A DNA stretch of 64,000 nucleotides from Flavobacteriales bacterium (GTDB lineage: Bacteria > Bacteroidota > Bacteroidia > Flavobacteriales > Weeksellaceae): assembly GCA_900770875.1 (NCBI GenBank), contig CAAGLV010000077.1, forward strand, positions 1,135 to 65,134, read 5' to 3'. Made by a program: the position numbers and the translations under genes. Below the pieces are notes generated by a model, which saw only the letters and a program-made list of their open reading frames with translations, ran no database searches and was not told where the DNA came from. Below, in pieces: positions 26,943 to 35,864 of the stretch (its first letter is position 1; the number at the start of each line of letters is the position of its first letter).

Positions 26943-27233
26943 ATGATAGCATATTTAATTTACGAGACAGATAAATTTCACTCTTTAAACAGCAGAGTAG
27001 TTGTTGGAGTTTTTAGTAACAAACAACTATTACGTTCTTTTGTTTACAACAAAATCAAAGATGAAGTTCACTTGAAAGTTAAAGAAGATGGACTAGAAAA
27101 TTTAGGAGGACTATCTAAAAGAGAATATATAGATATGACTCTTGAATACTTTAAATCAAATAACCAAACTCAACATTTATGGGATTGGGAATTAGAAATT
27201 CATCAAATAGAGTTAAACAAAGAAATAGATTAA
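26943..27233 (+). CDS. Hypothetical protein
   Basis: 96-aa ORF. Confidence 0.6.
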   Translation: MIAYLIYETDKFHSLNSRVVVGVFSNKQLLRSFVYNKIKDEVHLKVKEDGLENLGGLSKREYIDMTLEYFKSNNQTQHLWDWELEIHQIELNKEID

Positions 27234-27256
27234 TAACAATAAAATTTTAAAACAAA

Positions 27257-27775
27257 ATGAAAACATTATTCAACATTATCAAATCATTAGGAAACGTAAG
27301 AGTAGCAATCTCTCAAACAGAAGAAAAATTAACAATCTCATTAATTCCAGATATTACAGGAATAAAAGATGAAGCTGTTAAATTGTTACAACCACTTCAT
27401 ATCTCAGCTCGTCTAGAAGATACAGAAGAACAAATTTGCGATTTAATTCTGGAATTTGCACCGAAAGCTATTGAAGAATTAGATTCGATGCGAGTATATC
27501 AAGAAGCTATTGATAAAATGGCAAATGAAAAAGCAGAAGCTAAAGCTAAAAAGGAACTCGAAGATAAACTTAAAAAAGAATTCAAAGATTCTGTATCAGC
27601 ATTAGAAAAAGCTTTCGATAAAAACGAACCTAAAGACGAAGAAAAACATACTAAGATGTTTCTAGAGTTTAAAGATAAATTCAAAGACATAGCTGGGTTT
27701 AATACAGTTTGCAACGATCTACAAAAAGCTTTCAACGAAAAGTATGTTTCATTCGATTTATTCTCTCAAATATAA
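27257..27775 (+). CDS. PRTRC system protein E
   Basis: LTISLIP...IKDEAVKLLQPLHIS...then coiled coil ending DLF; same layout as Bacteroidota PRTRC-E; upstream of the Ub/E2/E1 genes. Confidence 0.75.
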   Translation: MKTLFNIIKSLGNVRVAISQTEEKLTISLIPDITGIKDEAVKLLQPLHISARLEDTEEQICDLILEFAPKAIEELDSMRVYQEAIDKMANEKAEAKAKKELEDKLKKEFKDSVSALEKAFDKNEPKDEEKHTKMFLEFKDKFKDIAGFNTVCNDLQKAFNEKYVSFDLFSQI

Positions 27776-27780
27776 TTATT

Positions 27781-28032
27781 ATGGCAAAATTCAGAAAAGT
27801 AGAATTGTCAATTAGACGAGGTTCAGGATATGGCAATTATATAATTTCAGCAAATTATAAAGGTGTGGATATGGAAGTTCACACTCATAACGGAGAGTGT
27901 TACGATTATCTTGATGATGACGGAGAGAATGGTATTATCGATGATATAAAACGTCATAAGGAAAAACACCAAGAAGCTAAAAGATATGCTTATAGAAGAA
28001 TTGTAGAAGCTTATAAAAGACGGTATGAATAA
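27781..28032 (+). CDS. Hypothetical protein (start adjusted to ATG 27781)
   Basis: MAKFRKVELSIRRGSGYGNYIISANYKG..., inserted within the PRTRC cassette. Confidence 0.6.
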   Translation: MAKFRKVELSIRRGSGYGNYIISANYKGVDMEVHTHNGECYDYLDDDGENGIIDDIKRHKEKHQEAKRYAYRRIVEAYKRRYE

Positions 28033-28106
28033 AAGTGAAAATCATTTTTTCCATACACTCAACAACAAATAAAATATTCTAAAATTTTAAAATCATAAAA
28101 TAGAAA

Positions 28107-28313
28107 ATGGCAACAATTACAGAAATTAAAAGAAAAGTTATGTTTCAAGGTAAACAATTAACTGATATTAAAGAGTTAGAAATAGAGCAATTAAAAGCTC
28201 ATTATTCAGCTTTATATCCAGAACTTATAAATGCTCAAATAAGCAATTTAGGAATTGACCAAGATGGTCAAATGCTTTATGAATTTCAATTAAAAGTAGG
28301 AACTAACGGCTAA
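28107..28313 (+). CDS. PRTRC system protein C, prokaryotic ubiquitin-like protein (Prok_Ub)
   Basis: KRKVMFQGKQLTD...YSALYPELINA...YEFQLKVGTNG with C-terminal Gly. Confidence 0.88.
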   Translation: MATITEIKRKVMFQGKQLTDIKELEIEQLKAHYSALYPELINAQISNLGIDQDGQMLYEFQLKVGTNG

Positions 28314-29191
28314 TGTCATTACTAAAAACTGAAATATTCGATAGGGGAACTTCACAAAAAGTTCCTCTATTTTTATATCCAAACAATAACATTGAATACT
28401 ACGATGGTCCTATACCTCAATTTCATAAAACAATAATAAGTCAAGATGTTATAAATGTTATTCAATCTCATTTCGATAAAGAATTAACTATTTATGATGG
28501 TCAAGAAATAATAGATTATTTATTTAAAGATAAAACAGATGGATTAGAGTTAAGTGAAATTGTAGTTGAAGATGAAAGGATATTAATATTCTATAACGAT
28601 TCATTCAATTTCTTCGATATTATATTCATTGATGAATTAATAAAAATGGAAGATTGTTATGATAAAGAATTAATAGGGACTGCATTATCTATAATGTCTA
28701 ATCTATCTAAAAAACATTATGAAATGATAGAAGATATTGAAGATTTATCGGAAGAAGATAAGTTAGAGAATATTGAAACAGTAGAGTTTCGTAAGATTAT
28801 GAAAACTTTAGAATATAAGCATCAAGGAGATAAAACCATATTAAATCCTTACACTTTAGAATTGGTTAAAACTATAAAAGAGATTACACCTATTCTACAT
28901 GAGTTTAATGTTTATATGGATTTATACACAGATAATTCATCACCTTTCTTACCTATCTATATAACATCAGAAGTTTACGATGTCTTTATTTATGGATACG
29001 GCTCTTATATACATGAAAAAGAATATTTCTCATTACCAGTAGAATTTAATAATTCAGGAGAGAAATATTCTTATATGTTCAATCAATTAGAATCTTTATC
29101 AGAAGATATACAAAACAAGTTTAATAATATATACAACAAATGGCAAACATATCAGGAAAAGAAAACATCAGTTCAAACCCAGCATCATTAA
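28313..29191 (+). CDS. PRTRC system protein F-like acidic protein
   Basis: Position between the Ub and E2 genes with translational coupling; sequence alone is not diagnostic. Confidence 0.5.
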   Translation: MSLLKTEIFDRGTSQKVPLFLYPNNNIEYYDGPIPQFHKTIISQDVINVIQSHFDKELTIYDGQEIIDYLFKDKTDGLELSEIVVEDERILIFYNDSFNFFDIIFIDELIKMEDCYDKELIGTALSIMSNLSKKHYEMIEDIEDLSEEDKLENIETVEFRKIMKTLEYKHQGDKTILNPYTLELVKTIKEITPILHEFNVYMDLYTDNSSPFLPIYITSEVYDVFIYGYGSYIHEKEYFSLPVEFNNSGEKYSYMFNQLESLSEDIQNKFNNIYNKWQTYQEKKTSVQTQHH

Positions 29192-29754
29192 TAATAATTT
29201 ATACTGACGGTTATTCTGAGGTAGCTAAATATTCAGATACAGAAAAAAAATTCAAAGAGTTTAAAATAATAACTCAAGATGAATTAGAAGAACTGAAAAG
29301 CATAATAGGTATTAATAAAAACACAGAACAATTAATGCCTAGAAATATAGTTTCATATAAGGATATAAATAACTTCTCGTTTATAATAAAGAGAGGTTGG
29401 CAAAATCTTAAATTCTCAAAATTCCTTAATAAAGAAACTAACGAATATGAGTACAAAGAAATTTCCACTTACTTACCAGATTTATATGTAAAAGTCGTTC
29501 ATAACGAACTTTACTTCTTGGTAAAGAAAAATAATAAATTATACAAAAATCCATTACCAAATAACTTCTCTAACGGCTCTTTTTGTATCGGTTCAGCAGA
29601 TAAAAGTTTTATCACTGAACAAGTACTATCTGAAAAAGTAGAGTTAATTATACGAATGTATATTGATTCTATCTTTAGCCATAAAGTAAATCATGAAGTT
29701 TTAGACGATTGGTTTAATGGAAAAATTAACTACAAAAAATTAGAAGAATTATGA
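29140..29754 (+). CDS. PRTRC system protein B, prokaryotic E2 family D
   Basis: LYKNPLPNNFSNGSFCIGS...SIFSH matches the Prok-E2_D PxxN..xGxxCxG...S.FSH pattern. Confidence 0.8.
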   Translation: MANISGKENISSNPASLIIIYTDGYSEVAKYSDTEKKFKEFKIITQDELEELKSIIGINKNTEQLMPRNIVSYKDINNFSFIIKRGWQNLKFSKFLNKETNEYEYKEISTYLPDLYVKVVHNELYFLVKKNNKLYKNPLPNNFSNGSFCIGSADKSFITEQVLSEKVELIIRMYIDSIFSHKVNHEVLDDWFNGKINYKKLEEL

Positions 29755-30464
29755 TACATGTTAAACATAAATCATTATCTATTCATAATAGATACCACGA
29801 TTTTAATATAGCTTTAATTGGTTGTGGTGGTACAGGAAGTGCAATAGCAGAAGAAATAGGAAGATTACATTATTCTATGGTATATTCTGATATGCCAGGT
29901 GTTAAACTTCATATTATAGATCCTGATAAAGTAGAAAGTAAAAATATTGGTAGACAGAAATTTTACGCTAACAATATAAACAAATACAAAGCAGAAGTTT
30001 TAACACAAAGATTATCTCGTAATTTCCTTATGCGAAATGTATTCTCTCATTGTTCTAAAATAGAGGATATATCAAATGGATTAAAACAAACATTTGATAT
30101 TGTTATTTGCTGTGTAGATAACTATAAAGCACGCAGATATATTTACGATGTTTTTTCAGAAAAATATATTCTTGATATCGGAAACGAAAAAGACTTCGGA
30201 CAAATATTTTTGTCTAAGAAAAATGAGCTTAAACATACATTCGATGTATTTGGAATAGCAGAATCCAATAAGCAAAATAAAGAGTCTAATTATCGTTGTG
30301 GATATGCAGATCAATTTGAAGAACAAGGACTTTATATCAATTCTTTGCTTTCAATATATGCAGCAGAATTGCTTAAAGATTTTCTTACAAAAGATACCAT
30401 AGATTACAACTGTATCTTTGTGAACTTAAAAGATAAAACAACAATAAAAGCTTTTAAAGAATGA
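29751..30464 (+). CDS. PRTRC system ThiF/E1 family protein
   Basis: IALIGCGGTGS, DPDKVESKNIGRQKF, CCVDN, LDIGN..GQ, candidate catalytic Cys in YRCGY, QGLYIN. Confidence 0.92.
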   Translation: MIHVKHKSLSIHNRYHDFNIALIGCGGTGSAIAEEIGRLHYSMVYSDMPGVKLHIIDPDKVESKNIGRQKFYANNINKYKAEVLTQRLSRNFLMRNVFSHCSKIEDISNGLKQTFDIVICCVDNYKARRYIYDVFSEKYILDIGNEKDFGQIFLSKKNELKHTFDVFGIAESNKQNKESNYRCGYADQFEEQGLYINSLLSIYAAELLKDFLTKDTIDYNCIFVNLKDKTTIKAFKE

Positions 30465-30652
30465 AAAAAGAAATAGGAAAGAAAGTTACTTTCAGAGGAA
30501 CAGCAACTTACAACCATAGTGAAGATAGATGTGATTCTACAAACTCAAGAGGTAGTAATGAAGATGTGATTACCAAAGTTTTTACTCATGGTGTAAGAAC
30601 TAAAAAAAACGGATACGTTAATAATAAAAGAATTTTAAACATAGAAGAATAA
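30461..30652 (+). CDS. Hypothetical protein
   Basis: ATGA-coupled to the E1 gene. Confidence 0.5.
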   Translation: MKKEIGKKVTFRGTATYNHSEDRCDSTNSRGSNEDVITKVFTHGVRTKKNGYVNNKRILNIEE

Positions 30653-30691
30653 AAAAGATTTTTTTTTTAAGTGATATAAAATAAAACTAAA

Positions 30692-30970
30692 ATGATTAAA
30701 GCAGAAATAACATCAAGAAAAGTTTGGAACGGAGAATTGTCTATCCAAGAAAAAGAGTTCAACGATGAACAGCATTTAAATAACTACATAAAAGCTATTA
30801 TTCGAAATGGTAATTTAAAATACAAATATGTTAACCATAGGATTATCCACGCGAACGAAAAAGCTATGTTTAATCTAAATCAAATGCAAAGAGTTTTTGA
30901 TTTAGCAAAAGAAAATAAATATTCTTCATTAAGAGAATTGATCGCCGAAGAATTTAAACTAAAAATATAA
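30692..30970 (+). CDS. Hypothetical protein
   Basis: 92 aa, coupled to the next gene. Confidence 0.6.
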   Translation: MIKAEITSRKVWNGELSIQEKEFNDEQHLNNYIKAIIRNGNLKYKYVNHRIIHANEKAMFNLNQMQRVFDLAKENKYSSLRELIAEEFKLKI

Positions 30971-33720
30971 TGAAGAAGAATAAGCTTAAAATAGATATTG
31001 CCAATCAATTAGCTTTCGATTTCGATTTTATAGAGGTTATGACAGAGGAAGAAGCTTCCTTTGTAGAACCTATAACAGAAGAAGAAATTAAAACTTGGGA
31101 ATTTGTTTATGGAGATAAAGATAACGTCCATATTCAATTCCCATTTTTGCGTTGGCATCAAGCAGAAGATATCGCAAGATGCGAAAAGCGATTCTTTATT
31201 GATAAAGGAAAAGGTGTTCAAGTAACTAACGGCACCGGAGTTGGTAAAACTTATTTAGGTCTAGGATTAGCTAATAGATTCTATTACAAAGGAATGAAGA
31301 ACATTCTTATAGTTGTGCCTACTGACAAAAAAATTAAAGATTGGATTAGAGATAATGCAAGGTTTTTCGATACAGAAGTAAGACAATTAAAAGATACTAT
31401 ATCAGTTCCTTTAAACCATGAAGGACAACCTGGAATAGTTATAACAACTTACTCTAACTTTTACCAAAATGAAAAGTTAACTGAATACGATTGGAGTTTA
31501 TTAATTTATGATGAATCGCATAAACTCCAAGAAAATTCAAAAGGAGAAAATACTGTTTATCAAGACCAACATAGGAAACTAGCTAAACTTCCATCTACTT
31601 GGAGAAAGAAAAATGTTATAGAACCAGAAAATGGTTTTGATTACATTTCGAGTTTATCCGTAGAAGTACGCGAAAAAATGTTATTTGATTACACTCAAAG
31701 AACGAAAGTTTTATTCTTATCAGCTTCACCATTTGCTTACATCTTTAATACTGAAATTGGAGACGGTTGCTTATGGAATATAAGAGAAAATTATTCTTTA
31801 GAAAGTAATAATGATATTTGGAACTCTTATAGTGTTGGTTATAATATGCCTGATCGTTATAATAAATTCTTTATAGAGAATTTTGGATATAAAATGAGAA
31901 TAAACAAATTAACTAAACCTGATAGCGGAATTGATTTGTGTTTAATGGAAAGATTATTCTTTGAAAAGTATAATAAATTAGGAGTTATTTTTGGCCGACA
32001 AATCGAAGTTGATAAAGATTATTCTCGAGAATTTGTTTTATTAAATTCCGAAGTAGGACAAAAAATCGACGAAGGTTTGTCTGTATTTGAAGATTTTAAA
32101 TTTAAAGAGAAGTACAGAGTGCTGCCTTTAATAATTAATAAGAAGATTAATTACTTATACAAAAATCAATTATTAGAATCCTTAAAATCTAAGCTTATTA
32201 TTCCTAGAATACAAAAGCATTTAGATTTAAATAGAAAAGTAGTTTTATTCCATGATTATAATAATTCCGAAGTAGGACATCCTTTCCACTTCTTAGATAG
32301 AGATATTTGGTTACTAGATGATGTTTCCGTAGAGAATTACGGATACAAATATCGAGAAGAAGTAATTCAATTTGAACAAGAATATAAGCACCTTGTAGAA
32401 ATTAATATTAGCGATGATTTATCTAATGCACCAGGAGAACTTTTAAAAGCTTTTGGTTCAAAAAGAGTTGCTATTTTCAACGGAAAAATTCCTACTAAGA
32501 AAAGAGGAATATTAAAAGATGCTTTTCAAGATGATTTATCAGGAATTGATATTATCTGTGTTCAAAGGCAAGCTGGAAAAGAAGGAATAGATCTACATGA
32601 TACAACAGGTGTTTATCAAAGAGTATTGATAGATTTAGGATTACCTCGTAGACCAACAGATTCTATTCAATGTGAAGGTAGGACTTATAGAGATGGTGTA
32701 ATGTCAAATGCTATTTGGGAATATGCTATCATTAATACTATTTTTGAATCAAACTGTTTTTCTTCTGTAATTTCAGAGAGAGCTTCTACTGCTGAAAATT
32801 TAGCAATGGGAAATAAAGCTCGTAATTTAAAATCAGCTTTTAAGCAAGGATATATAGATTATAATAATGAAGAACCTAACCTATCTCAAGGTATTGGAGG
32901 TAAAGAAAAAGATTTCAGTTATAATACTATGTCTGAATTCGATTTAACAGTCGCATTATACTACACTAATCAAAAGAAAAATTCTAAGAATAAGTCTTCC
33001 GAAGGAGAAGATTATTATGCTACACCAGAACCGTTAGGTTATAAAATGGTTCAATGGTTGGATATTAGACCTGATGAAAGAGTTTTAGAACCTTCAGCAG
33101 GACATGGAGCTATCGCTAGATTCTTTCCGGGCCATTCTACTAATTATGCAATAGAACCCTCAAGAGAATTAATGGCTAAACTAAAGTTAAATTGTGATCA
33201 AATCAATGAAGATAATTATCATTATCATAGATTTGAGGATTTAGATTCTTCAAACAAATTTAACAAAATAGCTATGAACCCACCTTTTGGAGTTGGAGGT
33301 AAATTAGCTTTTGAACATTTGTACAAAGCTATAAGCGATCATTCCTATACTTATGGGAATTTAAATTCAAGAATCATTTGTATAGTTCCAGAATCAAAAG
33401 GAATTGAAAAAGGTCTTGAGAGAATGTTTGACGAAGAATATATTAAAAAAGAATCAACAAATTATGAACGAACAAAACGATTAAATGTTATTAAAACAAT
33501 TAAGCTTTCAGCAGAGATATTATTACCTTCGGTTACTTTTAATAGGGCAGGAACAAGTGTATTATGTAAAATATTAATATTTGATAAAATCAATCAGTAT
33601 AATGAGAACAGAACTAAATCTGTTTACGATTTTAGACATATTGATAAGATTGAAGATTTATTCAAAGAAATTGACGATCTACATATTCCAACTTTCATCC
33701 CTTACGTAGACGAAGATTAA
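30970..33720 (+). CDS. SF2 (Strawberry notch-like) helicase fused to C-terminal N6-adenine DNA methyltransferase
   Basis: GTGVGKT, DESH, SASP, AGKEGIDLHD...QCEGRTYR; then YYATP, VLEPSAGHG, MNPPF. Confidence 0.85.
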   Translation: MKKNKLKIDIANQLAFDFDFIEVMTEEEASFVEPITEEEIKTWEFVYGDKDNVHIQFPFLRWHQAEDIARCEKRFFIDKGKGVQVTNGTGVGKTYLGLGLANRFYYKGMKNILIVVPTDKKIKDWIRDNARFFDTEVRQLKDTISVPLNHEGQPGIVITTYSNFYQNEKLTEYDWSLLIYDESHKLQENSKGENTVYQDQHRKLAKLPSTWRKKNVIEPENGFDYISSLSVEVREKMLFDYTQRTKVLFLSASPFAYIFNTEIGDGCLWNIRENYSLESNNDIWNSYSVGYNMPDRYNKFFIENFGYKMRINKLTKPDSGIDLCLMERLFFEKYNKLGVIFGRQIEVDKDYSREFVLLNSEVGQKIDEGLSVFEDFKFKEKYRVLPLIINKKINYLYKNQLLESLKSKLIIPRIQKHLDLNRKVVLFHDYNNSEVGHPFHFLDRDIWLLDDVSVENYGYKYREEVIQFEQEYKHLVEINISDDLSNAPGELLKAFGSKRVAIFNGKIPTKKRGILKDAFQDDLSGIDIICVQRQAGKEGIDLHDTTGVYQRVLIDLGLPRRPTDSIQCEGRTYRDGVMSNAIWEYAIINTIFESNCFSSVISERASTAENLAMGNKARNLKSAFKQGYIDYNNEEPNLSQGIGGKEKDFSYNTMSEFDLTVALYYTNQKKNSKNKSSEGEDYYATPEPLGYKMVQWLDIRPDERVLEPSAGHGAIARFFPGHSTNYAIEPSRELMAKLKLNCDQINEDNYHYHRFEDLDSSNKFNKIAMNPPFGVGGKLAFEHLYKAISDHSYTYGNLNSRIICIVPESKGIEKGLERMFDEEYIKKESTNYERTKRLNVIKTIKLSAEILLPSVTFNRAGTSVLCKILIFDKINQYNENRTKSVYDFRHIDKIEDLFKEIDDLHIPTFIPYVDED

Positions 33721-33734
33721 TACACAAAAAATAA

Positions 33735-35111
33735 ATGAATTACGATTATAAAGCGAGAGATTTAGTTGAAAAACATATTATAGCATGCGGTCTATCTTAT
33801 GTTAATGAAGAACTTATAATAAACTCTTTTAAAACGGATTTAAAAGAAGAATACTTCCATAATCCATTCACAAGAGAAGTAGCAAAGATATTAATCATAA
33901 TGTATAAAGAAGGCAAGGTACCTACTTTAGAATACGTTACTGCTAATCGAAGTGATATGTATAGAGAGAGTTTTATTGAAGGAACTTCCGAACGAGAAAC
34001 TTACGAAGCATTCTTCGTAGATTTAGTTTCCATAGCTCAATTAGCTTCTACAAAAGCAAGGTTTGAAACCGACCTTTTTATGCTAAAAGAGTTTGTACTT
34101 ATAGATTATTGGAATAACCAAGCAAATAATATTATTAATAGCCATTGGAATAATAGAGATGTTTTAATAGTTAGTGATAATATTATTAACGGCTACAATA
34201 ATCTAATGAAAGAAATTACGTACTCATATTCTGCGGAAGATGAAGTGCAAACTATTGATGATATAAAACAAATTGCATTAAAAAAAATAAATGAAAGAAA
34301 CGCTGGTATAGATACCACAATTAAATTAGGACACACATATTTAGATAATCACGTAGGAGGTTTTGGAGGATCAGAATTTATTATTATCGGAGGTCGACCT
34401 GGTATGGGTAAGACTGCTTTTGGTTTAGCTATGGCTAAAAAGCTTTCAATAGAAGGAGGACGAAAAGGAGCTTATTTTACTTTAGAAATGTCTAAAGAGC
34501 AACTTCTTAATAAATACGCGTCTAACGCTCTTAATATTGAATATAGTAAGCTTAAAAGCTATAATATAGACCAAGCTACTATGAATAGATTATTCGGTTA
34601 TTATGAGTATATCGAATCACGTAATTTAGATATTTTATTCACAAGTAATTTAGATAAAATATCAAATACGATTAAGACAGGCGGATATGATTATGTAATT
34701 GTTGATTACTTACAATTAATCACCACTACTGAATCATTCCAATCAAGAGAGCAGCAAGTATCTCATATATCAAGAACTCTTAAGAATTTAAGTAGACAAT
34801 TAAATATTCCATTGATTGCATTATGTCAATTAAAGAGGGTTACAGGTAGACCGAACTTAACGGATTTAAGAGAATCAGGTTCGTTAGAACAAGATGCTGA
34901 TACTGTCATATTCCCTTATAGACCTGCATACGATAATAAAGATGCTCAAGCATGGGAACATGGTAACGTTGAGTTATTATTAGAGAAATGTAGAAGTTCT
35001 GGAACTGGTTTGTTTAATGGATATATGGATCTTACTGCTTATGAAATATTAGATTTTCCTATCATAAATTACGAGCAATGGCAAGACTTTCTTAATTCAA
35101 AAAAGTATTAG
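33735..35111 (+). CDS. dnaB: Replicative DNA helicase DnaB
   Basis: GRPGMGKT, FTLEMS, VDYLQL, ALCQL, DLRESGSLEQDAD, KCRSSGTG. Confidence 0.93.
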   Translation: MNYDYKARDLVEKHIIACGLSYVNEELIINSFKTDLKEEYFHNPFTREVAKILIIMYKEGKVPTLEYVTANRSDMYRESFIEGTSERETYEAFFVDLVSIAQLASTKARFETDLFMLKEFVLIDYWNNQANNIINSHWNNRDVLIVSDNIINGYNNLMKEITYSYSAEDEVQTIDDIKQIALKKINERNAGIDTTIKLGHTYLDNHVGGFGGSEFIIIGGRPGMGKTAFGLAMAKKLSIEGGRKGAYFTLEMSKEQLLNKYASNALNIEYSKLKSYNIDQATMNRLFGYYEYIESRNLDILFTSNLDKISNTIKTGGYDYVIVDYLQLITTTESFQSREQQVSHISRTLKNLSRQLNIPLIALCQLKRVTGRPNLTDLRESGSLEQDADTVIFPYRPAYDNKDAQAWEHGNVELLLEKCRSSGTGLFNGYMDLTAYEILDFPIINYEQWQDFLNSKKY

Positions 35112-35161
35112 AATTGGTAAATAAATAGTATCTTTCGGCTGTTATTATAACAGCTTTTTTT

Positions 35162-35479
35162 ATGTCAAAAAAAATAGAAACTTTAACCAATGTAGACTTT
35201 GCTAAAAAGTTTAGTAAGAGTCTAAAAAAAGAAGGCTTTAATATCTCATTAGAAGATGCTAAAGCTATTTCAAGAATCTTTATTGATACACTTGTAAACG
35301 AATACATCAAACTAGGTAAAAATATTACATTCCCTCGGTTTGGTACGTTTACTTGTCGTTTCAAAAAACTAAGTGATTTCCATTTATCAAGAGATAAAAA
35401 AGGAACATCTCTAAATGTAAAATTTGTTTTATCGGAAACTTCTAAAGCTTTCTTTAAAAAAATTTATGGAAAAGATTAG
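35162..35479 (+). CDS. HU/IHF family DNA-binding protein
   Basis: GKNITFPRFGTF...VKFVLS. Confidence 0.8.
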   Translation: MSKKIETLTNVDFAKKFSKSLKKEGFNISLEDAKAISRIFIDTLVNEYIKLGKNITFPRFGTFTCRFKKLSDFHLSRDKKGTSLNVKFVLSETSKAFFKKIYGKD

Positions 35480-35861
35480 GTCTGATTTAAGTAAATTTTA
35501 CCAACGATGTGATTATGAATCTAAATTCTTAACAAAAGAAGAATTGGACGAAATAGCTAATAAAGTTTATGATGATATAGACTTTCAAAGAAATGTAAAA
35601 GAAACATCTGAAGCTATTAATATTCCAATAGAAATTTGTGATGTAGTAATAAAACAATACATAAGAAGTGTATTAGGTTTTATGTTTAAAATTCATAAGT
35701 ACAAAATCGTAATAACAATCTATGGACTTATGTTTATCGATATTTCGAATACTATTTTTCAAGAAGATAGTAAATACTTCTATAAGAAGTATAAGAGTAT
35801 AAGTAAAGAGTTACGTAAGTCCATTACCAAAACTAAAAATAATAACAAATTAAAATTTTAA
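35466..35861 (+). CDS. Second HU-like protein, putative (start adjusted to ATG 35466)
   Basis: VKETSEAINIPIEICDVVIKQY...ITIYGL resembles the HU helix-helix-strand core. Confidence 0.45.
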   Translation: MEKIRSDLSKFYQRCDYESKFLTKEELDEIANKVYDDIDFQRNVKETSEAINIPIEICDVVIKQYIRSVLGFMFKIHKYKIVITIYGLMFIDISNTIFQEDSKYFYKKYKSISKELRKSITKTKNNNKLKF

Positions 35862-35864
35862 AAG

